Source: Meyerozyma guilliermondii
Taxonomy: Eukaryota
DNA: 64,000 nucleotides
NCBI GenBank assembly: GCA_051546255.1
Contig: CP128817.1
Coordinates: 434,001 to 498,000 of the forward strand
Direction: 5' to 3'
Position numbers and translations under genes: made by a program
Shown here: piece by piece, positions 39,924 through 48,926 of the stretch
How positions within the stretch are numbered: the stretch's first letter is position 1
Layout: the number at the start of each line of letters is the position of its first letter
Notes under the pieces: generated by a model
What the model was told of the DNA's origin: nothing
Database searches by the model: none
The model's input: the letters and a program-made list of their open reading frames with translations, nothing else

Positions 39924-41471
39924 TTACCAAATCCGTTCCCATATCGAATGGATACCGCCTTTATCCATACGTTCGGCATTGGGTAAGCAACCCCACAAAA
40001 TCATCATGGTTGTATACAAGGCAATAAAGACGGGAAGCACCACATACGTTCCAGCACTCTGAGAAAGCAAACCAACCAAAAAAGGGAAAATTGCTCCTCC
40101 AGACGACCCAAAGGCAGTCATGATAGTTATAGAGACAATTTGAATTTTGCGAGGAATGATTTTCGCAGCCATTGTAATTATCAAAATGTACGATGGGCCA
40201 ATCATCACACCAGCTAGTGATACGCAAACACCAGCTGCTATGGCGTTGGGCAAGACCCATGTCATGATTACCAATGCAACTGTGATAGCAGAAAATATCA
40301 ATACGCTTCTTCTTACTCCAAGGTAGACATGAGCAGGACGTGCGACTACAAGCCGGCCAATTGTCAAACCACCCCAGAAACCAGAAGCAACATAACCCAC
40401 GGAATTAGGGTTGCCATGACGGTACTCGGTCAAATACGTCACGATCCATCCTGCCATGGATACCTCAGAACCTTGATAGAAGAGAACACAAAGTGCCATG
40501 GTCCATGTCAAGTAATTTTTCAATGCCAATTGCATGAGATCCCAATGGCTCATTCCCTTTGGAGGAGCTGCCGTTGACATTCTTCGAGGCGTTTGCGACA
40601 TGTCACCAAGCTGAATACCTTCGTCGGCCGTTTGCGAGGGTGTCATTTCGTCTGAGATCAAAGGTTCATGTTCGTCGTCCCAAGGCTGCAAATCCTCGTC
40701 TGCACCACGGAAAGAAAACCAAACAATTGTGCCGGTGGATAGAGCAAGTGTAAGGTTGATGATGTATGCGTAATGCCATGGAACTCCATGGGTCACCATT
40801 AATGTGGCTAGGAGAGGAGAAATAGTAGCACCTACTCCATAAGAACCATGACAGAAACTCAAGTATTTCGACCCTTTATCTAGACCAGCAAGAAACACAT
40901 TTGCTTGGGCCAACGTGATAGCCATTCCTATTCCGCCAAAGAAAAATGCCAACACTATGACCGGGAAACGAGTTCCGGACAGAACTATGGAGTACATTGC
41001 ACACAAGAAGAAACACCCCAAGGTTAAAGATTTCTGTCTTCCAAGCAATGGTCGGATTTTGTGTGATAGGCAAGCCACTGCTATAAACCCAGCAGCATTC
41101 GACATCCAAATCAACGATACAATTGAGTAACTGATATCATAATACTTCTCAATGAAAGGAATTAATGCACCAGGAGCGGCATCCAGGTACCCGTTCCCAA
41201 AGTTCAACAAGCAAACAGACACAATTCTCCACAAGTTCCGAGGCGGATTGCGGCTCGTCATGGGCGGGAGCTGTTTTGGACCCGGTTGTTCTTGCTCCTG
41301 AATACTAGACACAATTGAATTTGCATCAGCAGGACTAATCACTTGATTTGGAAGTTCTGCCGACCTTCCAGCACTGGTCATTTGCGCCACCAGAAGCCGT
41401 CTCCCTCCATCCCATTCCTTTTTAAGGGCAATATCGACCTTTTCTATAATAGGGGGGTCCAAAGTTGACAT
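39924..41471 (-). CDS. MFS transporter, Bsc6-like
   Basis: GY(S)DAAPGALIPFIEKYYDISYSIVSLIW, HGSYGVGATISP, YQGSEVSMAGWIVTYL and GYVASGFWGGLTIGR; about 12 TM helices. Confidence 0.85.
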   Translation of the reverse strand: MSTLDPPIIEKVDIALKKEWDGGRRLLVAQMTSAGRSAELPNQVISPADANSIVSSIQEQEQPGPKQLPPMTSRNPPRNLWRIVSVCLLNFGNGYLDAAPGALIPFIEKYYDISYSIVSLIWMSNAAGFIAVACLSHKIRPLLGRQKSLTLGCFFLCAMYSIVLSGTRFPVIVLAFFFGGIGMAITLAQANVFLAGLDKGSKYLSFCHGSYGVGATISPLLATLMVTHGVPWHYAYIINLTLALSTGTIVWFSFRGADEDLQPWDDEHEPLISDEMTPSQTADEGIQLGDMSQTPRRMSTAAPPKGMSHWDLMQLALKNYLTWTMALCVLFYQGSEVSMAGWIVTYLTEYRHGNPNSVGYVASGFWGGLTIGRLVVARPAHVYLGVRRSVLIFSAITVALVIMTWVLPNAIAAGVCVSLAGVMIGPSYILIITMAAKIIPRKIQIVSITIMTAFGSSGGAIFPFLVGLLSQSAGTYVVLPVFIALYTTMMILWGCLPNAERMDKGGIHSIWERIW

Positions 41472-41911
41472 GAATCGAATTTTACCGAATTTCTAAGAAC
41501 CTGATGTGCAAATGTAAATTACGCGCAAAAGTAAATATGGAAGAAAAATGTCTACTGGAACTAACCCAGCTTATCCAATCATAAGTAAATTTTTCCCATT
41601 AACCGACACGCTTCCAAAGCCCCCCAGTACCTGCAAATGCTCGCAAAAATTATTCCCTTCTGCAACCGGTACCAGGGTGCTTACCTGCATCCAATACCCT
41701 ATGTGCAGGATCTGTGGGGATCGCCCCGCGCACAATTATGTCATGGAGGGTTTATCGGGACGGACAACACATTTGCGGGGTCACGTTTCGAAGGTTTACC
41801 AGCGCTGATCTGAGATTACCGTTGAAACAGATAATAAATACCGGCCGAACCGTTTCTAATTTTTTTGATTTTTAAAACTCTCACTTTTCATTCATATTAT
41901 AATTGGTACAA

Positions 41912-44377
41912 ATGAGTTCGTTCTGGCCACGGCGGCAACTGCTGGTATCAAGCGAAGAAGACATGTTTGATACCGCGGAAAACTATTACGGACGAAAAAC
42001 CAACCCTTCGCATTTGTCGGCTAAATCGAAATTGGGAAGGGTGAGGACATTTTCTGTGTTTGAGCCCAAGACAAAACTGCGATTTTTTGACGATGATGGT
42101 CCTTTGGATCCCGTCGAAGGTTCTGCCCCAGTTTCCGACGAATCCAGTCCGGACCCACGGGACTCAACTGATACGGTGAACGAGGTTCCGCAACAAAAAC
42201 GACCATCTATTTATCCTTGTGATGTCCAAGCAGAGAGTACCGGCAGTTTACTGCTGCCTCCTCCACGGGTACCTTCTCAACTGCCAGACTCGGTGTCTGT
42301 GCCCAAGTCATCGCTTCAAATGAGAAGGGCATCTCTCGACGACTCTGCATTCAAACTGCAAAAGTTTTACATCAGTGACATCGATGCAACTTTGAGACAA
42401 CTTTTGGAAAATGAAGACACCGACCATAACTGCCAAATTACCATCGAGGACTCAGGACCCAAGGTTCTCAAGTTGGGAACTGCAAACTCGAACGGTTACA
42501 ACCAGATTGATGTGAGAGGCACATACATGTTGTCCAACTTGCTTCAAGAACTCACCATCGCCAAAAGATACGGCCGCAAGCAGATGATTTTGGACGAGGG
42601 CCGTCTTAACGAGAACCCTGTGGCGAGAATTCAAAGGGTCATTACTACCCAGTTCTGGAAGGGTTTGACTCGTGAACTCACCCGGGAAAATGTGGTGGAA
42701 ATGTCGAAAGACACCAAAATCAAAGAGGAATACATCGACGAAAATGGTAACAAGGTTGTCAACCGGCAGACCAACCGGATATATATTCCTCATAATCGTC
42801 CAGACCAATACGAATATTTCAAGCTGGCCAAGACAAATGACCCAAATGTGCATTTTGACGTGCAAATGCTTCCTGAAGTGATCGATGCGGATTATATCAA
42901 GTCGATCAACAAGAAGCCAGGTCTCTTGGTGTTGAGCTCTAAGCCTGATCCTAACGATCCGAAAAACTTGTTGAACGAACCCTACGTCGTCCCTGGTGGA
43001 AGATTCAATGAGTTGTACGGTTGGGATTCGTACATGATGGTTCTTGGTCTCTTAACTGATGTTACCCCTCAGAAGCAGGAGCATCTCCGTTTATCTAGAG
43101 GAATGACCGAAAATTTCATCTACGAGATTCATCATTACGGCAAGATTTTGAACGCAAATCGTTCCTATTATTTGGGACGGTCGCAACCGCCATTTCTCAC
43201 GGATATGACTTTGCGAGTATTTAACAAGACCATGGAGGTAGCCCCAGAGAGATTGGAGGACCTGATAGACTTTTTACGTCGGGCAACTCTTGCGGCTATC
43301 AAGGAGTACGAGACAATTTGGTGTGCTCCGCCTCGTCTTGATGAGCTGACTGGATTGTCCTGTTATCATCCTGAAGGTAAGGGAATTCCCCCAGAAACTG
43401 AATCATCTCATTTCAACGCAATCTTGAAGAAATATACTGAGAAACACTCCGTTTCCCATGATGAATTCATTGAAAAGTACAACAATGGAGAAATCATTGA
43501 GCCAGACTTGGATGAATACTTCTTACACGATCGTGCCGTGAGAGAGCTGGGACATGACACCAGTTACAGACTTGAAGGAAAGGCAGCATACCTTGCCACA
43601 GTGGACCTCAATTCGTTATTATACAAGTATGAGGTTGATATCCAGTTTATTATTGAGGCTTTCTTTGATGGTGAGCTTGTTAATCCATATACCAACGAGA
43701 AACATACTCCAGGGGTATGGGAAGAGCGAGCAAGAAAGAGAAAGGAAAATGTCGCCAAGTATTTGTGGAACGAAGAAGATTCTATTTACTACGACTATCA
43801 TGTCAAAGAAAAGAAACAGGCAAAATATGAGTCAGCCACTGCCTTCTGGCCTCTTTGGTCCAAGGTGGCATCGCAGCATCAGGCAGACAAGTTGGTGAAA
43901 AATTCCTTGTCCAAATTCGAGGAGTTTGGTGGATTGGCAGCAGGAACTCTTCGATCCAGAGGTGAGATCAGTATTAGCAGACCATCTCGTCAATGGGATT
44001 ACCCATACGGATGGGCACCTCAGCAAATCTTGGCGTGGATTGGTTTGGCAAACTATGGCTATGGTGGTGCTGCTAACCGGTTGGCTTATAGATGGCTCTA
44101 CTTAATCACCAAAGCATTTGTTGACTACAATGGTGTTATCGTTGAAAAGTACAATGTCTGCAAGGGTGCTGTTCCTCACAAAGTGGATGCCGAGTATGGT
44201 AATCAAGGACTTGATTTCAAAGGTGTTGCCACGGAAGGTTTTGGGTGGGTCAATACATCGTATCTTTTGGGACTTACTTTCCTCAATCTACATGCTAAGA
44301 GATGTTTGGGCACCTTGACACCCCCCGAGGTGTTTTTGCGCAACATGCATCCCAAACAGCGTGAGCTTTTCCAATAA
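41912..44377 (+). CDS. NTH1: Neutral trehalase (GH37) with Ca-binding domain
   Basis: [15 protein letters not shown]-like motif, [33 protein letters not shown](S)[17 protein letters not shown] and ATEGFGWVN. First ATG is at 41912. Confidence 0.96.
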   Translation: MSSFWPRRQLLVSSEEDMFDTAENYYGRKTNPSHLSAKSKLGRVRTFSVFEPKTKLRFFDDDGPLDPVEGSAPVSDESSPDPRDSTDTVNEVPQQKRPSIYPCDVQAESTGSLLLPPPRVPSQLPDSVSVPKSSLQMRRASLDDSAFKLQKFYISDIDATLRQLLENEDTDHNCQITIEDSGPKVLKLGTANSNGYNQIDVRGTYMLSNLLQELTIAKRYGRKQMILDEGRLNENPVARIQRVITTQFWKGLTRELTRENVVEMSKDTKIKEEYIDENGNKVVNRQTNRIYIPHNRPDQYEYFKLAKTNDPNVHFDVQMLPEVIDADYIKSINKKPGLLVLSSKPDPNDPKNLLNEPYVVPGGRFNELYGWDSYMMVLGLLTDVTPQKQEHLRLSRGMTENFIYEIHHYGKILNANRSYYLGRSQPPFLTDMTLRVFNKTMEVAPERLEDLIDFLRRATLAAIKEYETIWCAPPRLDELTGLSCYHPEGKGIPPETESSHFNAILKKYTEKHSVSHDEFIEKYNNGEIIEPDLDEYFLHDRAVRELGHDTSYRLEGKAAYLATVDLNSLLYKYEVDIQFIIEAFFDGELVNPYTNEKHTPGVWEERARKRKENVAKYLWNEEDSIYYDYHVKEKKQAKYESATAFWPLWSKVASQHQADKLVKNSLSKFEEFGGLAAGTLRSRGEISISRPSRQWDYPYGWAPQQILAWIGLANYGYGGAANRLAYRWLYLITKAFVDYNGVIVEKYNVCKGAVPHKVDAEYGNQGLDFKGVATEGFGWVNTSYLLGLTFLNLHAKRCLGTLTPPEVFLRNMHPKQRELFQ

Positions 44378-44533
44378 TAGAGTATTATACAACAATTTTC
44401 TGGCCGCAAACTGTAGAATTACGTCACCGAGTGATGTCATGAAAGCCTCGAAATCCTCACGACAGTCGTGCGCCCGGTAGATTTGTAACAAGTTTGACAT
44501 TTTCGTTTCAGGCAAACCCAAAGCAACGTTGGA

Positions 44534-45961
44534 ATGTATGGCTTTCTGCGGGTAGTCATCCGCCCCAGCATGGGTATTATGGCCCTTAGGCATACACTGA
44601 CATTTAAGACTGCGGTGGAAACCGCTGAAAAATTGGTTCTGCCTTCGAGCCGAGCGTCGTTCAACGACCCTTTTCTGCTTGTTAGCCATGAAATGTCCAA
44701 TTTGGCAAAATCCATTGCCAGCATGATCGGCTCGGGCCATCCCACCCTCAATAGGGTGAGTTCGTACTATTTTGAGGCCGAGGGAAAAAACGTACGACCA
44801 TTAATTGTGTTGCTTTTGTCGAAGGCATTGCTGAAAATTCCTGTGGAACAACGAAACCGAACGGCAATTGACGACTTGGACGTTGTAGACCAGCAGCCGT
44901 TCAAGGGAACCCCAACTTCGCATACCGTGGTTGCCGGGAAATCGGTAGATGATTCTATTTCGCCGTTGGCTATTCTTCATGGTATCAACCCCAAGGTGAT
45001 TCTAGACCCACTTTCGAAGCCCATGGATGCGTTGCCCGAGTTCGATGCATCCAATGGGATTTTGCCGAAACAAAGGAGGCTTGCAGAAATCGTAGAAATG
45101 ATCCATACCGCATCTTTACTCCATGACGACGTTATAGACATGTCCGATGCTCGCCGAGGTAGACCCAGCGGGAATGTTGCTTTTACCAATAAAATGGCAG
45201 TATTAGCTGGAGACTTCCTCTTGGGCAGAGCATCGGTAGCCATTGCCAGACTCCGTAATCCTGAGGTCATTGAGTTGTTATCCACCACCATTGCCAATTT
45301 GGTGGAGGGTGAATTTATGCAGCTCAAAAACACCGTTCTCAACCAAAGTTCAGATATCAATAACGGAGGAGAACTGAAGCCCGTGCCTACACCCACGGGT
45401 AAGGTTCCCACCAAGCAGCATGAATACTCGGTGCAAACACCTGCCGATGTAGATCATGAAACCAATGTCAATGCTGCTTTTGAGTACTACCTTCACAAAA
45501 CTTATTTGAAGACAGCGTCCTTAATGTCCAAACTGGCTCGGGCAGCGGCAGTGTTGAGTGGTGCTCAGGATGACGTGGTGCAAAATTGCTACGATTTCGG
45601 CCGAAATTTGGGCTTGTGTTTCCAAATCGTCGATGACATGCTCGACTACACCTCGAGTGACAATGCCATTGGAAAACCCAGCCAGGCAGACTTGAAGCTC
45701 GGGCTTGCCACGGCACCTATTCTCTTTGCTTGGAAAGAGAGACCCGAACTCGGTGAGTTGATTTCACGCAAATTCAAAGAACCTGGAGATGTGGAGTTGG
45801 CTCGTCTGGCAGTAGATCAGTGTAATGGAGTGGAACAAACTCGGAAGATGGCGCAAGAATATTGCATGAAGGCCCTTGGTAATTTACGAGTGTTGCCTGA
45901 GTCGGACGCTCGTAGTGCTCTCGAGCTTTTGACGAACTCAATCTTGACTAGAACGAAGTAA
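44534..45961 (+). CDS. COQ1: Polyprenyl diphosphate synthase for ubiquinone
   Basis: YYFEAEGKNVRP, FARM HTASLLHDDVID, KTYLKTASL and SARM FQIVDDMLD; mitochondrial-type presequence. Confidence 0.95.
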   Translation: MYGFLRVVIRPSMGIMALRHTLTFKTAVETAEKLVLPSSRASFNDPFLLVSHEMSNLAKSIASMIGSGHPTLNRVSSYYFEAEGKNVRPLIVLLLSKALLKIPVEQRNRTAIDDLDVVDQQPFKGTPTSHTVVAGKSVDDSISPLAILHGINPKVILDPLSKPMDALPEFDASNGILPKQRRLAEIVEMIHTASLLHDDVIDMSDARRGRPSGNVAFTNKMAVLAGDFLLGRASVAIARLRNPEVIELLSTTIANLVEGEFMQLKNTVLNQSSDINNGGELKPVPTPTGKVPTKQHEYSVQTPADVDHETNVNAAFEYYLHKTYLKTASLMSKLARAAAVLSGAQDDVVQNCYDFGRNLGLCFQIVDDMLDYTSSDNAIGKPSQADLKLGLATAPILFAWKERPELGELISRKFKEPGDVELARLAVDQCNGVEQTRKMAQEYCMKALGNLRVLPESDARSALELLTNSILTRTK

Positions 45962-46077
45962 TTGTACATAGATATAGATTTGGCTGCAATTTTTGGATTA
46001 ACCCAATCGGGAACGACATCTTGGTACACGCACGCCGGCAACACAATATAAAAGGCCATCGCGCTCTCCATTTCTCT

Positions 46078-46175
46078 GGCGCCAGAAGATCAATATCTAT
46101 CGTACATGGTTCTTGCCTTTTACCAGAACCATCCGGGTATTGTCTTTATATGGTGCTCGCTATTTTTTGGAACCT
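46078..46175 (+). ncRNA. SNR7: U5 spliceosomal snRNA (short form; ends approximate)
   Basis: ATGGTTCT-TGCCTTTTACC-AGAACCAT stem with invariant loop I GCCUUUUAC (46115-23), followed by CCG, closing stem GCGCCA/TGGTGC, Sm site ATTTTTTGG (46162-70) and upstream TATAAAA. Confidence 0.95.
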
Positions 46176-46207
46176 TCTCATGATGCTTTGCATCAGTTGT
46201 TTTACAG

Positions 46208-46245
46208 CTTTGGACATTATCCTGAGGTCAGGATGACGTTGAAAG
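46208..46245 (+). other. Rnt1 (RNase III)-type AGNN tetraloop stem downstream of U5
   Basis: CTTTGGAC-ATT-ATCCTG-[AGGT]-CAGGAT-GAC-GTTGAAAG. Confidence 0.7.
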
Positions 46246-46294
46246 AGTGAGCAACTAGGAATTAGCTAAAAATTTGTAGTTCGTCAGCGTGTAT

Positions 46295-47134
46295 TCACGT
46301 TCTATTTACATTTTTCATGCTCAAGAGCGACCGGCCGTATAATTTCTTGGCGTCTCTGATCTTGATCACCGACTTGTTGGGGCCAGGAACAACGCCCTTG
46401 ACCACCAAAATGCCGGCATCTCCGTCGGCATGCAACACTTCGTTGTTGAACACTGTGCGGTTGACAGCTCCCATGTGTCCTGCCATCTTTTTACCGGGCA
46501 ATACTCGTCCTGGATCTTGTGTAGCACCAGTAGAACCAGCGGATCTGTGAGCCTTGGACACACCGTGCGACGCTTGAAGTCCAGCAAATCCATGTCTCTT
46601 TATCACACCAGCAAATCCCTTACCCTTTGACACTCCCGACACATCCACCAACTGGCCGACTGCGAAATAATCTGCCCTCAATTCAGTGCCTACGGGAATC
46701 AATCCAGACTCATCTCTCACTCTGAATTCTCTTATAGACCGTTTAGGAGAAACTCCAGCTTGTTGTGCTAACCTTAATTGGTCTGGTGTGAGATTTTTCA
46801 ACTTTGTTCCCAGTCCAACCATTACAGCAGTGTACCCATCAGTCTCCTTAGTTTTGTTGGCCATGACTTCACATGAGTCTACTTCCAATACCGTAGCAGC
46901 AAACTGGTTGCCGTCTTCCGTATACCAGGTGATCATGCCTCTTTTGATGCCTAGAAGGCCGGGTCTGTCCAATAGCTGTTTTCGCAAGTTTGACAATTCC
47001 AACGAATGTTGTTTAGTGGGGACTTTTGTCTTCATCGAAGGCACAGAATGGATCAGTGTGATCTGTGCTACATTTCTCGCTATCACTAGCGGCCTCAACG
47101 GCGCTAGGTGCGTAGTTAATGTCTTCCTGATCAT
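46295..47134 (-). CDS. MRPL9: Mitochondrial ribosomal protein uL3m
   Basis: RPGLLGIKRGM, GQLVDVSGVSKGKGFAGVIKRHGF, HGVSKAHRSAGSTG and PGRVLPGKKMAGHMG. ATG at 47134 gives a presequence. Confidence 0.95.
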   Translation of the reverse strand: MIRKTLTTHLAPLRPLVIARNVAQITLIHSVPSMKTKVPTKQHSLELSNLRKQLLDRPGLLGIKRGMITWYTEDGNQFAATVLEVDSCEVMANKTKETDGYTAVMVGLGTKLKNLTPDQLRLAQQAGVSPKRSIREFRVRDESGLIPVGTELRADYFAVGQLVDVSGVSKGKGFAGVIKRHGFAGLQASHGVSKAHRSAGSTGATQDPGRVLPGKKMAGHMGAVNRTVFNNEVLHADGDAGILVVKGVVPGPNKSVIKIRDAKKLYGRSLLSMKNVNRT

Positions 47135-47285
47135 TACTGTAGAATGAAAATTTCGAGATTTTGAAACTATCGCACGGCACTTTTGTGTCACTTTTACTAT
47201 GTATATGTACAAGATGCTCTAAACATTTGGAAATGACGGAAACACTAGAGATCGGTTGTCCTAAGAATTTTTCGGTCCATTCAGC

Positions 47286-47948
47286 TTACTTCACCTTCTT
47301 TTCTTTCAACTTTATCGTTTCGTTATCCACATAAATTCCCTTACCTTTATATGGTTCGGGCTTTTTGTGCTCTCTGATGCGTGCAGCAAAGAGTTTCACT
47401 TGCTGCTTGTCTTTACCTTCAATTAAAAGTCTAGTAGGTGCTGGAGAACTCACCAGCAAGCCTTCTGGAACCTTCAACTCAGGGTTGTATGGAAATCCTA
47501 TTTTCAAGGCGATATAGGTACCATCGCTCTTCTGCTCAATAGTGGCTCTGTATCCCGTACCAACAAACTTAACAATCGCCAAATGACCCTCGGATGTTCC
47601 TATTATATGGTTTTGTATCAACGCTCTAGAAGTTCCCCACATCGTACGTTGAATTTTGTCGTTAGCATCATTCACGCTAACCTTGACCAAGCCATCTCCC
47701 AGTTCCACCTTGACAAACTCGGGAACTGCCACCTTGAGTACTCCTTTTGGTCCCTTTACAATGACTTGTTTATTCAATTTAATGGTGTTTTTACCTTTCG
47801 TGAACGACTTGCAAAACTCGTATGGAATGCCTTCCGTGTAACATTCTACGCCTTCTCCTAGTTTTATGGGTTGCTTGCCCACATTGGAAAGCCTTGCAGT
47901 CGTGGACGAGAAGGACCGGACCGCCGAAAGTCGGATCGATTGCAACAT
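47286..47948 (-). CDS. MRPL6: Mitochondrial ribosomal protein uL6m
   Basis: Presequence followed by SNVGKQPI, MWGTSRALIQN, VGTGYRA and KPEPYKGKGI. Confidence 0.95.
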   Translation of the reverse strand: MLQSIRLSAVRSFSSTTARLSNVGKQPIKLGEGVECYTEGIPYEFCKSFTKGKNTIKLNKQVIVKGPKGVLKVAVPEFVKVELGDGLVKVSVNDANDKIQRTMWGTSRALIQNHIIGTSEGHLAIVKFVGTGYRATIEQKSDGTYIALKIGFPYNPELKVPEGLLVSSPAPTRLLIEGKDKQQVKLFAARIREHKKPEPYKGKGIYVDNETIKLKEKKVK

Positions 47949-48330
47949 TCGTGGTTACAAAATCGACAGTTGGTGAAAAATTGCGTATAACGAGTTGTGT
48001 GCAGGATACTGGAGGTGGTTAAAGAATTGATAGAATAAAAATAGTGATTGGTATTCTTTTGCAGGAAGTGCTACTGAGTCATGGAGCACGGCTAATTGTC
48101 ATAGGAGCTAGGGTAAAAAAGACAATCTATTGTCTTTGATTCGAAAGTTTAAGATTTTTCAAAAGCCTGAAATCTGTCATAATTTCATTTGTCAACGAAA
48201 AGACTCCTACTACATGTGGGCACAAGATTCAGCTAATATTTCATCACAACTACAAAACACTTTTAATTCTATACCTTGTTTTAGTATTTCACTGTATCCA
48301 CCGCTGACGTAAGCAGCGATATATTTCAAC

Positions 48331-48338
48331 CTCATCGC
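48331..48338. promoter_or_regulatory. PAC element (CTCATCGC) upstream of IMP3
   Basis: Exact reverse complement of GCGATGAG, about 15 bp before the IMP3 ATG. Confidence 0.7.
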
Positions 48339-48353
48339 GGAAACAGTTCAATA

Positions 48354-48905
48354 ATGGTTAGACACTTGAAGCATCATGAGCTGAAGTTGCTCAAAAAAGT
48401 CGACTTCCTCGACTGGAAGCAGGACCAGAACCACCGCGATACGCAGGTGATGCGTACATACCATATCCAGAACCGTGAAGACTACCACAAGTACAATAAA
48501 ATCTGCGGTGAGATTCGCAAGTTGGCACACAAACTTTCTCTTTTAAAACCCACGGATCCCTATAGAATCAAGCACGAGCAGCTCTTATTAGAGAAGCTCT
48601 ACAATATGGGGGTCTTGGCAAGTAAGTCCAAGATTTCTGACTTGGAAAATAAGGTTTCTGTGAGTGCATTTTGTCGCCGAAGAATAGGAGTGGTGATGTG
48701 CCGTCTCAAGATGGCAGAGACATTGAAGGACGCAGTCACATTTATAGAACAAGGACATGTGAGAGTCGGACCCAATGTGATTACCGATCCAGCATATTTA
48801 ATCACTCGTCTGTTGGAGGACTACTTGACTTGGGTTGACACTTCCAAGATCAAGAGGAATGTTCTCAAGTACAAGAACAAGATCGACGATTACGAATTAG
48901 CATGA
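48354..48905 (+). CDS. IMP3: U3 snoRNP protein Imp3 (S4 domain)
   Basis: [22 protein letters not shown] and VSAFCRRR...[10 protein letters not shown]...DPAYLITR. Confidence 0.97.
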   Translation: MVRHLKHHELKLLKKVDFLDWKQDQNHRDTQVMRTYHIQNREDYHKYNKICGEIRKLAHKLSLLKPTDPYRIKHEQLLLEKLYNMGVLASKSKISDLENKVSVSAFCRRRIGVVMCRLKMAETLKDAVTFIEQGHVRVGPNVITDPAYLITRLLEDYLTWVDTSKIKRNVLKYKNKIDDYELA

Positions 48906-48926
48906 AATAAATGAAATGTATAGTAG

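Noticed and set aside
41912..45961. Possible centromere, because NTH/COQ1/YRB1 flank point centromeres in S. cerevisiae
   Set aside because: No CDEI-II-III structure, gene-free AT trough or retroelement cluster here.
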